A stretch of DNA of 64,000 nt, taken from the NCBI GenBank assembly GCA_965204735.1, contig OZ242008.1, positions 3,424,001-3,488,000 on the forward strand, given 5' to 3'. This document shows positions 38,799 through 50,571 of this stretch, in pieces. Origin of the DNA: Longimicrobiales bacterium. Its GTDB lineage: Bacteria > Gemmatimonadota > Gemmatimonadetes > Longimicrobiales > Gaopeijiaceae. The translations under genes and the position numbers were made by a program. The notes beneath the pieces were generated by a model. The model was given only the letters and a program-made list of their open reading frames with translations, was not told the DNA's origin and made no database searches. The first letter of the stretch is position 1, and each line of letters starts with the position of its first letter.

Positions 38799-41261
38799 CT
38801 ACCGTCCCGCCAACATACGGTGGCTGTACCGAATCCCAAGATCTGCACAGACGCCTTGCTCAATCTGCGCACTACTTCTGTGTGTATTCATGTAGTGTTG
38901 CACCCTGATCGACAATACGCTCCGAACAAAGGAATCGTCGTGACGCTTCAGTAGCTTCTTCAATTCTTGCCGCAGTTCAGACGTCAGCTTGTCAGCACTA
39001 TCTAGTGCACCAAAAAAACCGATTATGTCATAAGCAGGCGTGCGCTGCCGGCGAACCAGATCGCGGACTATTGATGTGATTTCCCTATGAGATGTTGCCT
39101 TCACCACAAGTTCCACGTTCGTCATTGTCCACAAGAACGAGGTGAACTGCAGAAGTCTCTTGATCCGGCGTTCAGACAGATCCGGGACCCGAGCGTGTAG
39201 GTACTGTGCAAGGTCCGAAATGTCTTCCTCACTCGTCAACAACACGTTTACCAGCCTCAGCCCACTGTCCGCTATGGATTCTGCTATGGTCGCAATCTGT
39301 TGCTTGTCCAGTCTACCATACCTTACTCTCAAGACCTGGCCAAGCAGTTCATTGTTCTTCAGTATCCGATAAATCGCCCGGTTGAGCGAGGATAAAGACC
39401 TTTCGTCAAGGTGTTCTTCCTCGCCTGTGTCACGGCTGTCGATCGCCTGTCGGTCGGCCCGCCTTTCGGCTTCGACCGAACGACCGGAAAGAATGTCAGA
39501 TGGCAATCTGCCGACAATATTTTGGAACCGCCTAGTTTCCTTTGGATCTAATCGGGCCGGTGGTATTTCATCTAGTGAACACATTGCCCGAAGCGTGATT
39601 TCATCAATAATCTTGTCATTTGTTGCATGATGTATAACAAAAAGCAACGTTAGATGATTCCCTGCCACATAGCTGTCTTGGCACATCTGTTCAATTATTC
39701 GATCATCTTCGTGAGTTGCCAAATATCTCCCAAGAAAAAAGTAATACATGTAAGGATGCTGAAATCTTCCATCGCTGGTCAAAATGCCGTATTCTGAATG
39801 AATCAATCTATGGTGAATGGAATCCGGCAGCACATATTTTTTTCTGTAGTCGGCTACGAACATATCAAACATTGATTGGGAAAACTCATCATGTTCAGCT
39901 TCGCTACAATAGATCGTATATGCTAATTGTTCCAAGAAATTTAGACATACATTTATGTCTTCATCGGCCTTGGAAATCCCCGCGTTCATCAATCTGGCCA
40001 TTATAAATATGTAATAGCAATGACCGTGTGATGTAACAGCCATATCACGAGGCATAAATGCCTCGAGTGTTTGGAGGATCGACAGCACATAGAATGGATA
40101 GCGCGGCAAGATTCTAGTGTTAATGACAGCATTGACTCGCCTTTCGACTTGGTCCACCGCACCGTCATCCACTGTACTGCTGCCCATCAAGGAAAGACGT
40201 TTGCGAATTAGTTCTTCTTGCAACACGCGCGTAAGTGGACGAAGCCGGAGAACAGAACATTTCGCTAGCCGGATATCGTCTCGATAATATGATACATATG
40301 TGTCGGTGCTAGCCAACACAATGACGGTGCTGACCTCTGCCAAAACTGCGGCTACAAATTCTATGGATGCCGGCTTGGAGGATAGATTGTCCAGCACGAC
40401 GATCCTGCTTTCTTGGCTTCGCCACACGCCGTAGTCACCATAAAATTGATCGTGGTAGGTCATAGCCAAGACACTGTTGACATTGCTGGATTTCTTGACC
40501 TCCTGCAAATCGACCAAGAGAGCCGGCTGTCCTTTGTTGATCAACGACAGAATGATGTGTCGGGCGAGTGCCGTCTTGCCACTCATGTCGTCGCCGTGCA
40601 CAAGAACATGTCCCAGTTGTAGAAGACTGTCTGCATCCCGGATGGCTCTTTCATCCAGCTCGTGGATTTCGCTCTTGCCCTGACTGTAGCGAGAGAGAGG
40701 CAAGAAGACGAAGAGATCATCTAGAGTACTTGGTTGTTGCGACACTACGACATCCGTACTCTGTAGTTGTGTCAGGAAGTCGGCTCTTGGCGCCAAATCT
40801 GTTCGCAACGTGTCGATAAGGGACTTGATTCCCTCGTACACTTGCCTCCACCCCACATCAGGGTCGCTAAATGCCACAATTGGCTTCCCGTCCTCAGGCA
40901 ATACCTTGATGTCGTCATCGGCAAGGAGGTCAATCCAGGGGCACTCGCCGACGATAACGGGAACACGAATCATTCGGTTGCGACCAGTTGCCAATGCTTG
41001 CGCCCTTCGCCACTCTTTCATGCATTCCTCTGATTCCAAGAAGTGATTGCTGAGCAAGAAAACGCCAATGTTTGCTCGTTGCAATGCTTGCTCTATGGCT
41101 GCTGAGATGCTATGGCCAGGAAGTATCTTGTTGTCAGACCACTGTTTCAAGACACCCTCCCTCTTCAGCAGAGCAAGTGCCGTCTCCATTGCGTCCCGGT
41201 ACTGAGCATCCTTATGGGAATAGCTATAGAACAGGCGGACGGAGAAAGAGGAAGTCGTCAT
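38799..41261 (-). CDS. TIR domain fused to a P-loop NTPase (STAND/NACHT-like)
   Basis: TIR: LFYSYSHKD, WSDNKILPG, LLSNHFLESEECMKE; Walker A GDDMSGKT, Walker B IVVLDN, RYPFY, FQHPYMYYFFLG; visibly AT-richer than flanks. Confidence 0.85.
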   Translation of the reverse strand: MTTSSFSVRLFYSYSHKDAQYRDAMETALALLKREGVLKQWSDNKILPGHSISAAIEQALQRANIGVFLLSNHFLESEECMKEWRRAQALATGRNRMIRVPVIVGECPWIDLLADDDIKVLPEDGKPIVAFSDPDVGWRQVYEGIKSLIDTLRTDLAPRADFLTQLQSTDVVVSQQPSTLDDLFVFLPLSRYSQGKSEIHELDERAIRDADSLLQLGHVLVHGDDMSGKTALARHIILSLINKGQPALLVDLQEVKKSSNVNSVLAMTYHDQFYGDYGVWRSQESRIVVLDNLSSKPASIEFVAAVLAEVSTVIVLASTDTYVSYYRDDIRLAKCSVLRLRPLTRVLQEELIRKRLSLMGSSTVDDGAVDQVERRVNAVINTRILPRYPFYVLSILQTLEAFMPRDMAVTSHGHCYYIFIMARLMNAGISKADEDINVCLNFLEQLAYTIYCSEAEHDEFSQSMFDMFVADYRKKYVLPDSIHHRLIHSEYGILTSDGRFQHPYMYYFFLGRYLATHEDDRIIEQMCQDSYVAGNHLTLLFVIHHATNDKIIDEITLRAMCSLDEIPPARLDPKETRRFQNIVGRLPSDILSGRSVEAERRADRQAIDSRDTGEEEHLDERSLSSLNRAIYRILKNNELLGQVLRVRYGRLDKQQIATIAESIADSGLRLVNVLLTSEEDISDLAQYLHARVPDLSERRIKRLLQFTSFLWTMTNVELVVKATSHREITSIVRDLVRRQRTPAYDIIGFFGALDSADKLTSELRQELKKLLKRHDDSFVRSVLSIRVQHYMNTHRSSAQIEQGVCADLGIRYSHRMLAGR

Positions 41262-42148
41262 TGAACTGGTCTCCGTACTTGTGGGCTCTCTGCCGCAACC
41301 AGTCGCGAGGGCTTGGGCCGGTTAGGGCAATCGGATCCGTGAGGAAGGCCGGACAAGTTCGACTCCGAAGTGGAGGTCGATATGGCATCCGCCGTTCCTG
41401 CGTCCAGCGGAACAAGCTTCCAATGGGAACCCGCCTTCCGAGCTGCGGCCCGGGCCGGGGCGTGGTGGCGTGTTCGTGACCTCGACCAGCTAACGGCGCG
41501 AGTCCGCCTGGTGAAGGTCGCCGGGCCACATGGGGATTCGGGCAGTAGCGGGGCGTGCGGCAACAGCTTCTTTCGGAACCGGGAATCCGACGGGAATCGT
41601 ATAAGGTAAGACGAAGGGGGCGACTTGGCCAGAGAATGACTGTCTCGGCTCTTTAGACTACAGTAGAAATGGCCGAGGGCTGGCCAAGGTAGAAATGTCC
41701 TTATGGTGATCGTCGACAGTGGGCTCTCACTAGAGCGGAGGCCAAGCACCGGTCGGGGTCGGATCGGCGATGCCGGAAGCGCAGCTCGCCCGAAGAGGCC
41801 GGTCATTCTGGCCGGCAGCTTGCGCAGGCACTGCCACGCCGTGAAGTTCTGGACTCGATCCGGGTCAGCATCGCTCGAGGCTCGGGGTCGCGGTAGTCAT
41901 CAGGTCGGCTCCGGCCAAGTGTGGGACCACGCACGACCGGGCCGGGTAGGTGACGTAAGGTAAGGCTCGGCTCGCAGCTGGGCCAAGGCGATGGCTCGCC
42001 CCGCGTCGTCGAGCACCGGTTCTCCCGGCACCGGTCCCCCTTTGCCCGAGGGGCTTCCCATCTCAAGCTGATCGAGTTACGTTGTATTATCCAGCAGATT
42101 ATGGCAGAAATCGACCAATAACCCTCGATATCCAGACGTCACGGAGCC

Positions 42149-43414
42149 ATGACCGTCATCGAAGCTGAACTGGGCCGCCGACTCCGGCTGGCCCGCAAGG
42201 CCTGGAACCTCACCCAGGGCGAGGTCGCCGAGGCCCTGGGGCTCTCCCGTTCCGCCGTCTCCGAGATGGAGGCGGGTCGCAGGGGCGTGTCCGGGCTGGA
42301 ACTGCACCGCCTGGCCCACCTCTACGGTCGGGACATGGCCGACTTCCTGGAAGAGGACTTCGAGCCGACCGCGACGATTGCCGCCCTCTTTCGCCGGCAC
42401 GCCAAGGTCTCGCTCAGCCCGTGCGCGATGGAGTCGCTGCGCCGCTGCATGGCGCTGGGACGCGAGACCGCCAACCTCGAGCGGAAGGTCGGCCGGAGTC
42501 GCGGGCAGCCCATGTTCCCCGCGTACCCCTGCACTCCGCCCGGAACGCGATGGGACGCCGTGCAGCAGGGCTCAACCGTGGCGGCTGACGAGAGGCGACG
42601 GCTGGAGCTCGAGAACCGACCACTGCCGGATGTGGCCTGCCTCCTGGAGTCCCAAGGCATCCGAACGACGTTGGCCGACATGCCCGGCGACATCTCGGGC
42701 GTCGCATTCATGGACTCCCGAACTGGCTTCGTGGTCGCGGCCAACCGATCGCATCCATTCCTGCGGCGGCGCTTCTCGTTCGCCCACGAGTACGCCCATC
42801 TCGTCTTTGATCGCGAGATGGAAGGGACCGTGAGCATCGCGGACGACAGGGACGCCCTTCGAGAGGTTCGGGCGAATGCGTTCGCCGCATCGTTCTTGAT
42901 GCCGGCCGACGGTGTCCGTGCCTTTGTCGCCGACCTCGCGAAGGGCCATCGCAGCCGCAGGCGGACGGATATCTACGACGAGAACGCACCGCTTCGGGTC
43001 AGCACCCGATCCAAGCCCGAGAGCCAGAGGCTCCAGATGCACGACATCGTCATGCTGGCGCATCACTTCACCGTCAGCTGTCCTGCCGTACTCTACCGGC
43101 TGGCCTCGTTGCGCTTGATCACGGACGAAGAGCGCGGGGCGCTGGCCGACCAACACCGGAACGGCGTCAGCCGTAATCTGCGGCGCTTCTTCGGCTTTCC
43201 AGAACCGGACGACGCAAGCGAGCGCGAGCAATTCCGAGCCCGTTTCTTGCACCTTGCGCTGGAGGCGTACCGCCAGGAAGAGATCACCAGGCGAAAGTTG
43301 CTGGAGCTGGTTCGGCTTGCAGGCGCAGGCGAGAGTGGCGATCTCCCCGGAATACTTGATGAACTTGCGGCCTCCACTATCCTACTCTCTACTAGACGTC
43401 GAGGACGTGAGTGA
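42149..43414 (+). CDS. XRE-family HTH fused to ImmA/IrrE metallopeptidase
   Basis: LTQGEVAEALGLSRSAVSEMEAG; RRRFSFAHEYAH; EVRANAFAASFLMP. Confidence 0.9.
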   Translation: MTVIEAELGRRLRLARKAWNLTQGEVAEALGLSRSAVSEMEAGRRGVSGLELHRLAHLYGRDMADFLEEDFEPTATIAALFRRHAKVSLSPCAMESLRRCMALGRETANLERKVGRSRGQPMFPAYPCTPPGTRWDAVQQGSTVAADERRRLELENRPLPDVACLLESQGIRTTLADMPGDISGVAFMDSRTGFVVAANRSHPFLRRRFSFAHEYAHLVFDREMEGTVSIADDRDALREVRANAFAASFLMPADGVRAFVADLAKGHRSRRRTDIYDENAPLRVSTRSKPESQRLQMHDIVMLAHHFTVSCPAVLYRLASLRLITDEERGALADQHRNGVSRNLRRFFGFPEPDDASEREQFRARFLHLALEAYRQEEITRRKLLELVRLAGAGESGDLPGILDELAASTILLSTRRRGRE

Positions 43415-43442
43415 GATGCTTCCAGAAGCGCCTTCGATCCGG

Positions 43443-43922
43443 TCAGTATTCGTGCGTATCCGTGATGTGTCGGAAGTTGAAGGCCGATTCCGGTTCACTA
43501 TCCAAGGCCGCAATATACAACTGCAAGTCGACCGTCAGAAGTGGTCTTTCCGGAGAAGCTACTTCAAGGAGAGCCGCATCCGTCAAGCCGAGCCTTATAA
43601 AGTACCGGTTGCGAGCGGCAGTCGCGCTCTGAACAACCACTTCTCTGCTGTGCTCAATAAAATGGGCAAGCATCTCAAGGCATTGCGATCGCTCGGGTTC
43701 CCGGTGGTGACCTATCAAGTTGGACGCTTCTGTCAGGGTGTTGGGTGTCACAAAGACGTGGCCCGGTGCAGTAACCAGTTCGACCAAGCAATTGTAGTCT
43801 TCAGCGTCGAAAGCGGAGAGTCTCTTGTGCTTGGCTATCAATGACCGATCCGTTGCCCCTACCACCAAGAGGACGAGCAGGTTTGCGTCGACCAACCACT
43901 CGCGCGCAATATCGGAAGTCAT
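43443..43922 (-). CDS. PIN-domain protein
   Basis: LVDANLL, TPNTLTE, LGLTDAAL, LLTVD acidic PIN pattern; TGATG overlap with upstream gene. Confidence 0.8.
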   Translation of the reverse strand: MTSDIAREWLVDANLLVLLVVGATDRSLIAKHKRLSAFDAEDYNCLVELVTAPGHVFVTPNTLTEASNLIGHHREPERSQCLEMLAHFIEHSREVVVQSATAARNRYFIRLGLTDAALLEVASPERPLLTVDLQLYIAALDSEPESAFNFRHITDTHEY

Positions 43923-44239
43923 CAAGCAGCTGGATCCCTGTTCTTTACAGCCAAGACCTCGCCGTCGGCGTCTCGCAGAACGACAAGCTTGTAGGTGCGC
44001 GGGATTGGCGGTCGCGGAGGAGGACGCCGTGCCAGAAACGTCTGCGTCAGTGCGTCTTCCAGTACGTGCTTGGGCGGACTGTCCCAGGGCCGGGCAAACC
44101 CTATTGTGATTCTCCAAGCATGATCCTGGCTTTCATCGTCGAATTCGACCTCCTCCAGTCCGACGAAACGGATGTCTTCGTCGGTATACAGGTCGCGGAT
44201 ATAGTCCTTCGCCTTGGTGACGGCTTCTCGTACCTTCAT
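43922..44239 (-). CDS. Small acidic hypothetical protein coupled to the PIN gene (antitoxin-like)
   Basis: MKVREAVTKAKDYI...LEEVEFD...WRITIGF; translational coupling. Confidence 0.7.
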   Translation of the reverse strand: MKVREAVTKAKDYIRDLYTDEDIRFVGLEEVEFDDESQDHAWRITIGFARPWDSPPKHVLEDALTQTFLARRPPPRPPIPRTYKLVVLRDADGEVLAVKNRDPAA

Positions 44240-44383
44240 GACGTTGCCCTCGTGTTCCAGAATCCGATGAGAAAGTTCGCCCAAGGAACAAGCTCGCCTG
44301 TTCGCCGCAGGCTTGCAAGCCCAATCGCTGGTCAGGAGAAGGATGGGCCGCAAGCACGCGACGTGCCCTCGGCCTTCGGTCCC

Positions 44384-45079
44384 TCAGCCCCCCACCAACA
44401 TCCCCGCCACCCCCGCCATGTCCCCCACCTCCCCGTCCGGCCGAGCATCCGCCGCCGGAGTCGCCCCGCCCCCCGGCGCCCGGCTGGCGCGGTTCACCCA
44501 CAAGGTGGCGTAGCCCAGCTGGGACGCGGGCGCGATGTCGTGGAACAGGCTTTGGGCCACGTGCAGGGTCCGCTTGCGGGGGACCTTCGAGCGGGCAGCC
44601 ATCTCGTCGAAGTGCTTGCGGGCCGGCTTGTAGCTTCGCACCTGCTGGGCGGTCACCACCCAGTCGAACGCGGTCTCGAGCCGAAGCTGCGTCTCGGCGA
44701 AGAGGTCGTCGTCCACGTTGGACACGATCCCCAGGCGGTAGCGGCGGGCCAGCCGGCCTAGCGCCTCGACGGTGTCGGGGAAGACGGGCCAGCGCCCGGG
44801 GGAACCCGCAAACCCCTCTTGTTCCTGGCGGCTCGGACGGAACCTCAGTGCGACGCCCATGCGACGGAGCGTGTCCGCCAGCACGTGGCGGTAGGAACGG
44901 TACCGGCCGCCTTGCGCGAGGTGTTCGGCCGCGGCGAACGCCGACAGCACCAGGGCGTCGGGGGGGTCCGAGCCGTGGGCCCGGCAGACGGGGCGCGCGG
45001 CGTCCAATATCCCCGTCTCCCAGTCGACCAGCGTGCCGTAGCAGTCGAAGGTCAGGAGCGAAAAGCGGTCCGGGTCCAC
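44384..45079 (-). CDS. HAD-family hydrolase (haloacid dehalogenase type II-like)
   Basis: TFDCYGTLVDWE, VSNVD, SYKP, HVAQSLFHD. Confidence 0.9.
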   Translation of the reverse strand: MDPDRFSLLTFDCYGTLVDWETGILDAARPVCRAHGSDPPDALVLSAFAAAEHLAQGGRYRSYRHVLADTLRRMGVALRFRPSRQEQEGFAGSPGRWPVFPDTVEALGRLARRYRLGIVSNVDDDLFAETQLRLETAFDWVVTAQQVRSYKPARKHFDEMAARSKVPRKRTLHVAQSLFHDIAPASQLGYATLWVNRASRAPGGGATPAADARPDGEVGDMAGVAGMLVGG

Positions 45080-45086
45080 GGACGGC

Positions 45087-45593
45087 CTACATCTCCGGGA
45101 AGTCTGCGGTGGGCCCGAGGGTCTGGGGAACCGGCACGTCCAGGAGGCGGAGGTAGACGCCGAGCTGGGCGCGATGGTGGATCAGGTGGTCCAGGATGAA
45201 GCCGCGCAGGACAGCGCCCTTGGCCATGGTGAAGCGCTCCTCGCCGCCCACGAGCATCGTCCACGGCGCGGCGAACTCCTCGTCCGAGGCGCCCTCGATC
45301 AGGGCTCGCGCCATGGCGGCGTTCTTCTCCAGAGCCTCGACCAGCTCGGCGCTGGAACGGTACTCGGGCTGGGCGGGCGCGTCGCTTCCGTCGCCGGCGA
45401 CGTCGAACCGGGACATCGACATGGTGGCCTGGGTCCAGCTGGGGATGTTGGCCACGTGGCTCGCCAGCTTGCCCAGCGTCCAGGACCGTTCGTGCGGCTG
45501 CCACTCCATCCGGTCGTCGGGAACCGCTTCCAGAAGCGCCTTCGATCCGGCGACGATGTGGTCCAGTGCCGCTACGTAGCTCTTGGCTGACAC
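45087..45593 (-). CDS. DinB family protein
   Basis: LASHVA, DHLIHHRAQLGVYLR; AAGGAGG before GTG. Confidence 0.88.
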   Translation of the reverse strand: MSAKSYVAALDHIVAGSKALLEAVPDDRMEWQPHERSWTLGKLASHVANIPSWTQATMSMSRFDVAGDGSDAPAQPEYRSSAELVEALEKNAAMARALIEGASDEEFAAPWTMLVGGEERFTMAKGAVLRGFILDHLIHHRAQLGVYLRLLDVPVPQTLGPTADFPEM

Positions 45594-45849
45594 GAAATCC
45601 TCCTTGTGGGTTGCGAAAGGCACCGGCCCCCAAAGCCGGACGGCGACCGGGGACGGCGCACGCCACAAGGTAAGGGTAACGGATCGCGCGACGAAACAGG
45701 CGGTCCGCGAGGGGCTGCGGTCGGCGGGCACTTCCGGGCACGCCATCGCCTGGACATCCTGACGCACCTCTTCGCCGGCTGGCGCCTCCCAGGGACGCCA
45801 CCGCCAGCCTCCAAGCCTTCGGACCCGTTCCGCCGATCCGCCTCGAGCG

Positions 45850-46245
45850 CTAGCCGCGTATCGTGCAGTGCTCGCCGTCCGCCTGGGCAAGGTCGGCGAC
45901 GGCTTCCTGCCCCACCTGCAGGAACGGGATCGTGGGGTAGCCGAGCTCCTGGGCAACCAGGACTCCCAGCACCAGGATCGCGTCGGGTTCGCCGACCACC
46001 ACGCCGGCCGGGGCGACGCTGTTGCGCAGCAGCTCCAGCATGATCGCGCTGGAGGAGCTGGAGCCGATCGTCCGCTCCATGACGACGATGCGACCGCCCA
46101 GCACCACTCCGTGCTGGGGATGGCGAGGGTCTGCGATCCGGCCCGATTCGGGGTCCACGCCGCCCCAGAAGCTGACGGGCTTGCGGATGACCAGGAGCCG
46201 CCCCTCGGCGCTCCCCGGGTGAACCACCGTGCCCGTCAGTTCCAC
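45850..46245 (-). CDS. Aconitase X small (swivel, DUF126) subunit
   Basis: SFWGGVDP, HPQHG, GSSSSS. Confidence 0.85.
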   Translation of the reverse strand: MELTGTVVHPGSAEGRLLVIRKPVSFWGGVDPESGRIADPRHPQHGVVLGGRIVVMERTIGSSSSSAIMLELLRNSVAPAGVVVGEPDAILVLGVLVAQELGYPTIPFLQVGQEAVADLAQADGEHCTIRG

Positions 46246-47501
46246 AGGCTCTCGTCGCGGACCACCCGGCCGCAGGCAGCCGACGCCACGCAGTCCTCCA
46301 GGCTCCCGTAGACCACGCCGTAGCCGGTGTTGGAAGGCGTGTAGTGGGCGAACTTGCCCGAGTTGGTCATGAGGACGCCGTCCGTCGGCGGCAGTACGGG
46401 AGCAACGACGACGCAGGTGTCCACCACGATCTCCACGCCCGCCCGCTCCAAGCGCGAAAGGCGGCCTTCCCGCTCCAGGCGAAGGCGCTCGGCGCGGCCC
46501 GTGCACACGTAGAACGGCGCCGCGAAGGGCGCGGGCGGAAGGAGGGCTTCCAGCTGGCGGAACTCGGCCAGGGAGAAGTGGGGGCTGCCGACGGCCACGA
46601 CGTCGATCGGACCGGAGCCGACGGTGCTGAGGGCGTCGCGGACGGCGCGCAGCTCGGCGGGCTCGGGCGTCGCGACCGACTCGGCCATTGCGCCGCCCAG
46701 CGCCGTGGACAGGTCGGGGGCCTCCGGCGTGACCCCCTCCACATGGAAGAGTCCCACGGCGCCGGACGAGGCGGCGGCCGCCCCCAGCGCCTTCAGCTGG
46801 TCTTCGGTGACGGTGCGGGGAAGGCCGGCGACGACGGCTACCCGGTCGCCCACCGCTTCTCCCAGCCACGCGCCCAGAACGGGGTAGAACACATCGCGCT
46901 CCTTGAGGGCCGCGCTCGCACCCCTGGTGTCCACGACGACCGTGGCGCGTCGGTTCTCGTCCAGGTGGAGTCCCGTGCGGGGCGCCCGTCCAGCTATGGC
47001 GCAGCAGATGTCCATGAAGTCGCCGTAGCGGTTGGTGCGGGCGCCCAGAACCGAGTTGGCGAAGGCGACGGCGTTGCTCTCCCCCCAGGCCACGTGCTCG
47101 CCCGTCGCAGGTCGGTGGCCAGCTTGGTACGGCGCGCACGTCCAGGTGGGGCGGCAGCCCAGCGCCTGGTACGCCTTCATCTGGCGAAGCGCCATCTCCC
47201 GGCGCCGGCCCGTGGAACGGACGCGGTCCGGGTTGAGAAGGTCCAGCGCGCCCACGTTCAAGGTGGCCGGCACGGCCGTCGATCCTCCCAGCTCGACCAG
47301 CCGCTCGGCGAACTCGGCGCCGCCGTCGCCGTGGTGCAGGCAGCCGTCGATGTGGGCCGACGCGACCTCCACCAGCTCCCGGGCGCCCAGGATCTCGCCC
47401 ATCCGAACGACGATCCGCATGGCCAGCTGCCGGGCGGGGCCGGCTTCGCCGCGCAAGAGGGCGGCTTCCTCGTCGGAGAGCAGCAGGGGGGCGCGGGTCA
47501 C
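46236..47501 (-). CDS. Aconitase X catalytic (DUF521) subunit
   Basis: SAHIDG, TCAPY, WGESNAVAFANSV, FHVEGVTPE, DTC, TNSGKFAHY. Confidence 0.88.
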   Translation of the reverse strand: MTRAPLLLSDEEAALLRGEAGPARQLAMRIVVRMGEILGARELVEVASAHIDGCLHHGDGGAEFAERLVELGGSTAVPATLNVGALDLLNPDRVRSTGRRREMALRQMKAYQALGCRPTWTCAPYQAGHRPATGEHVAWGESNAVAFANSVLGARTNRYGDFMDICCAIAGRAPRTGLHLDENRRATVVVDTRGASAALKERDVFYPVLGAWLGEAVGDRVAVVAGLPRTVTEDQLKALGAAAASSGAVGLFHVEGVTPEAPDLSTALGGAMAESVATPEPAELRAVRDALSTVGSGPIDVVAVGSPHFSLAEFRQLEALLPPAPFAAPFYVCTGRAERLRLEREGRLSRLERAGVEIVVDTCVVVAPVLPPTDGVLMTNSGKFAHYTPSNTGYGVVYGSLEDCVASAACGRVVRDESLWN

Positions 47502-47574
47502 GGGCGGGCGGCAGGGTTCGGCGGAGGAGGGGGCTTGGGGGACCGTCGGGCGGGGCAATATACTGACGGTGCCG

Positions 47575-50526
<2,952 letters not shown>

Positions 50527-50571
50527 TAGCAAGCCGACCGCAACCGCACGGCCAGAAGACAGGACCCGCCA

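Noticed and set aside
41258..42066. Short ORFs between the TIR gene and the XRE gene (41258-41806 minus, 41382-41609 plus)
   Set aside because: No recognisable motifs and conflicting frames; cannot be supported, although 41382 has a GGAGG upstream.
21777..44239. Integrative element or prophage carrying the defence island
   Set aside because: No integrase, tRNA, att repeats or phage structural genes recognised.
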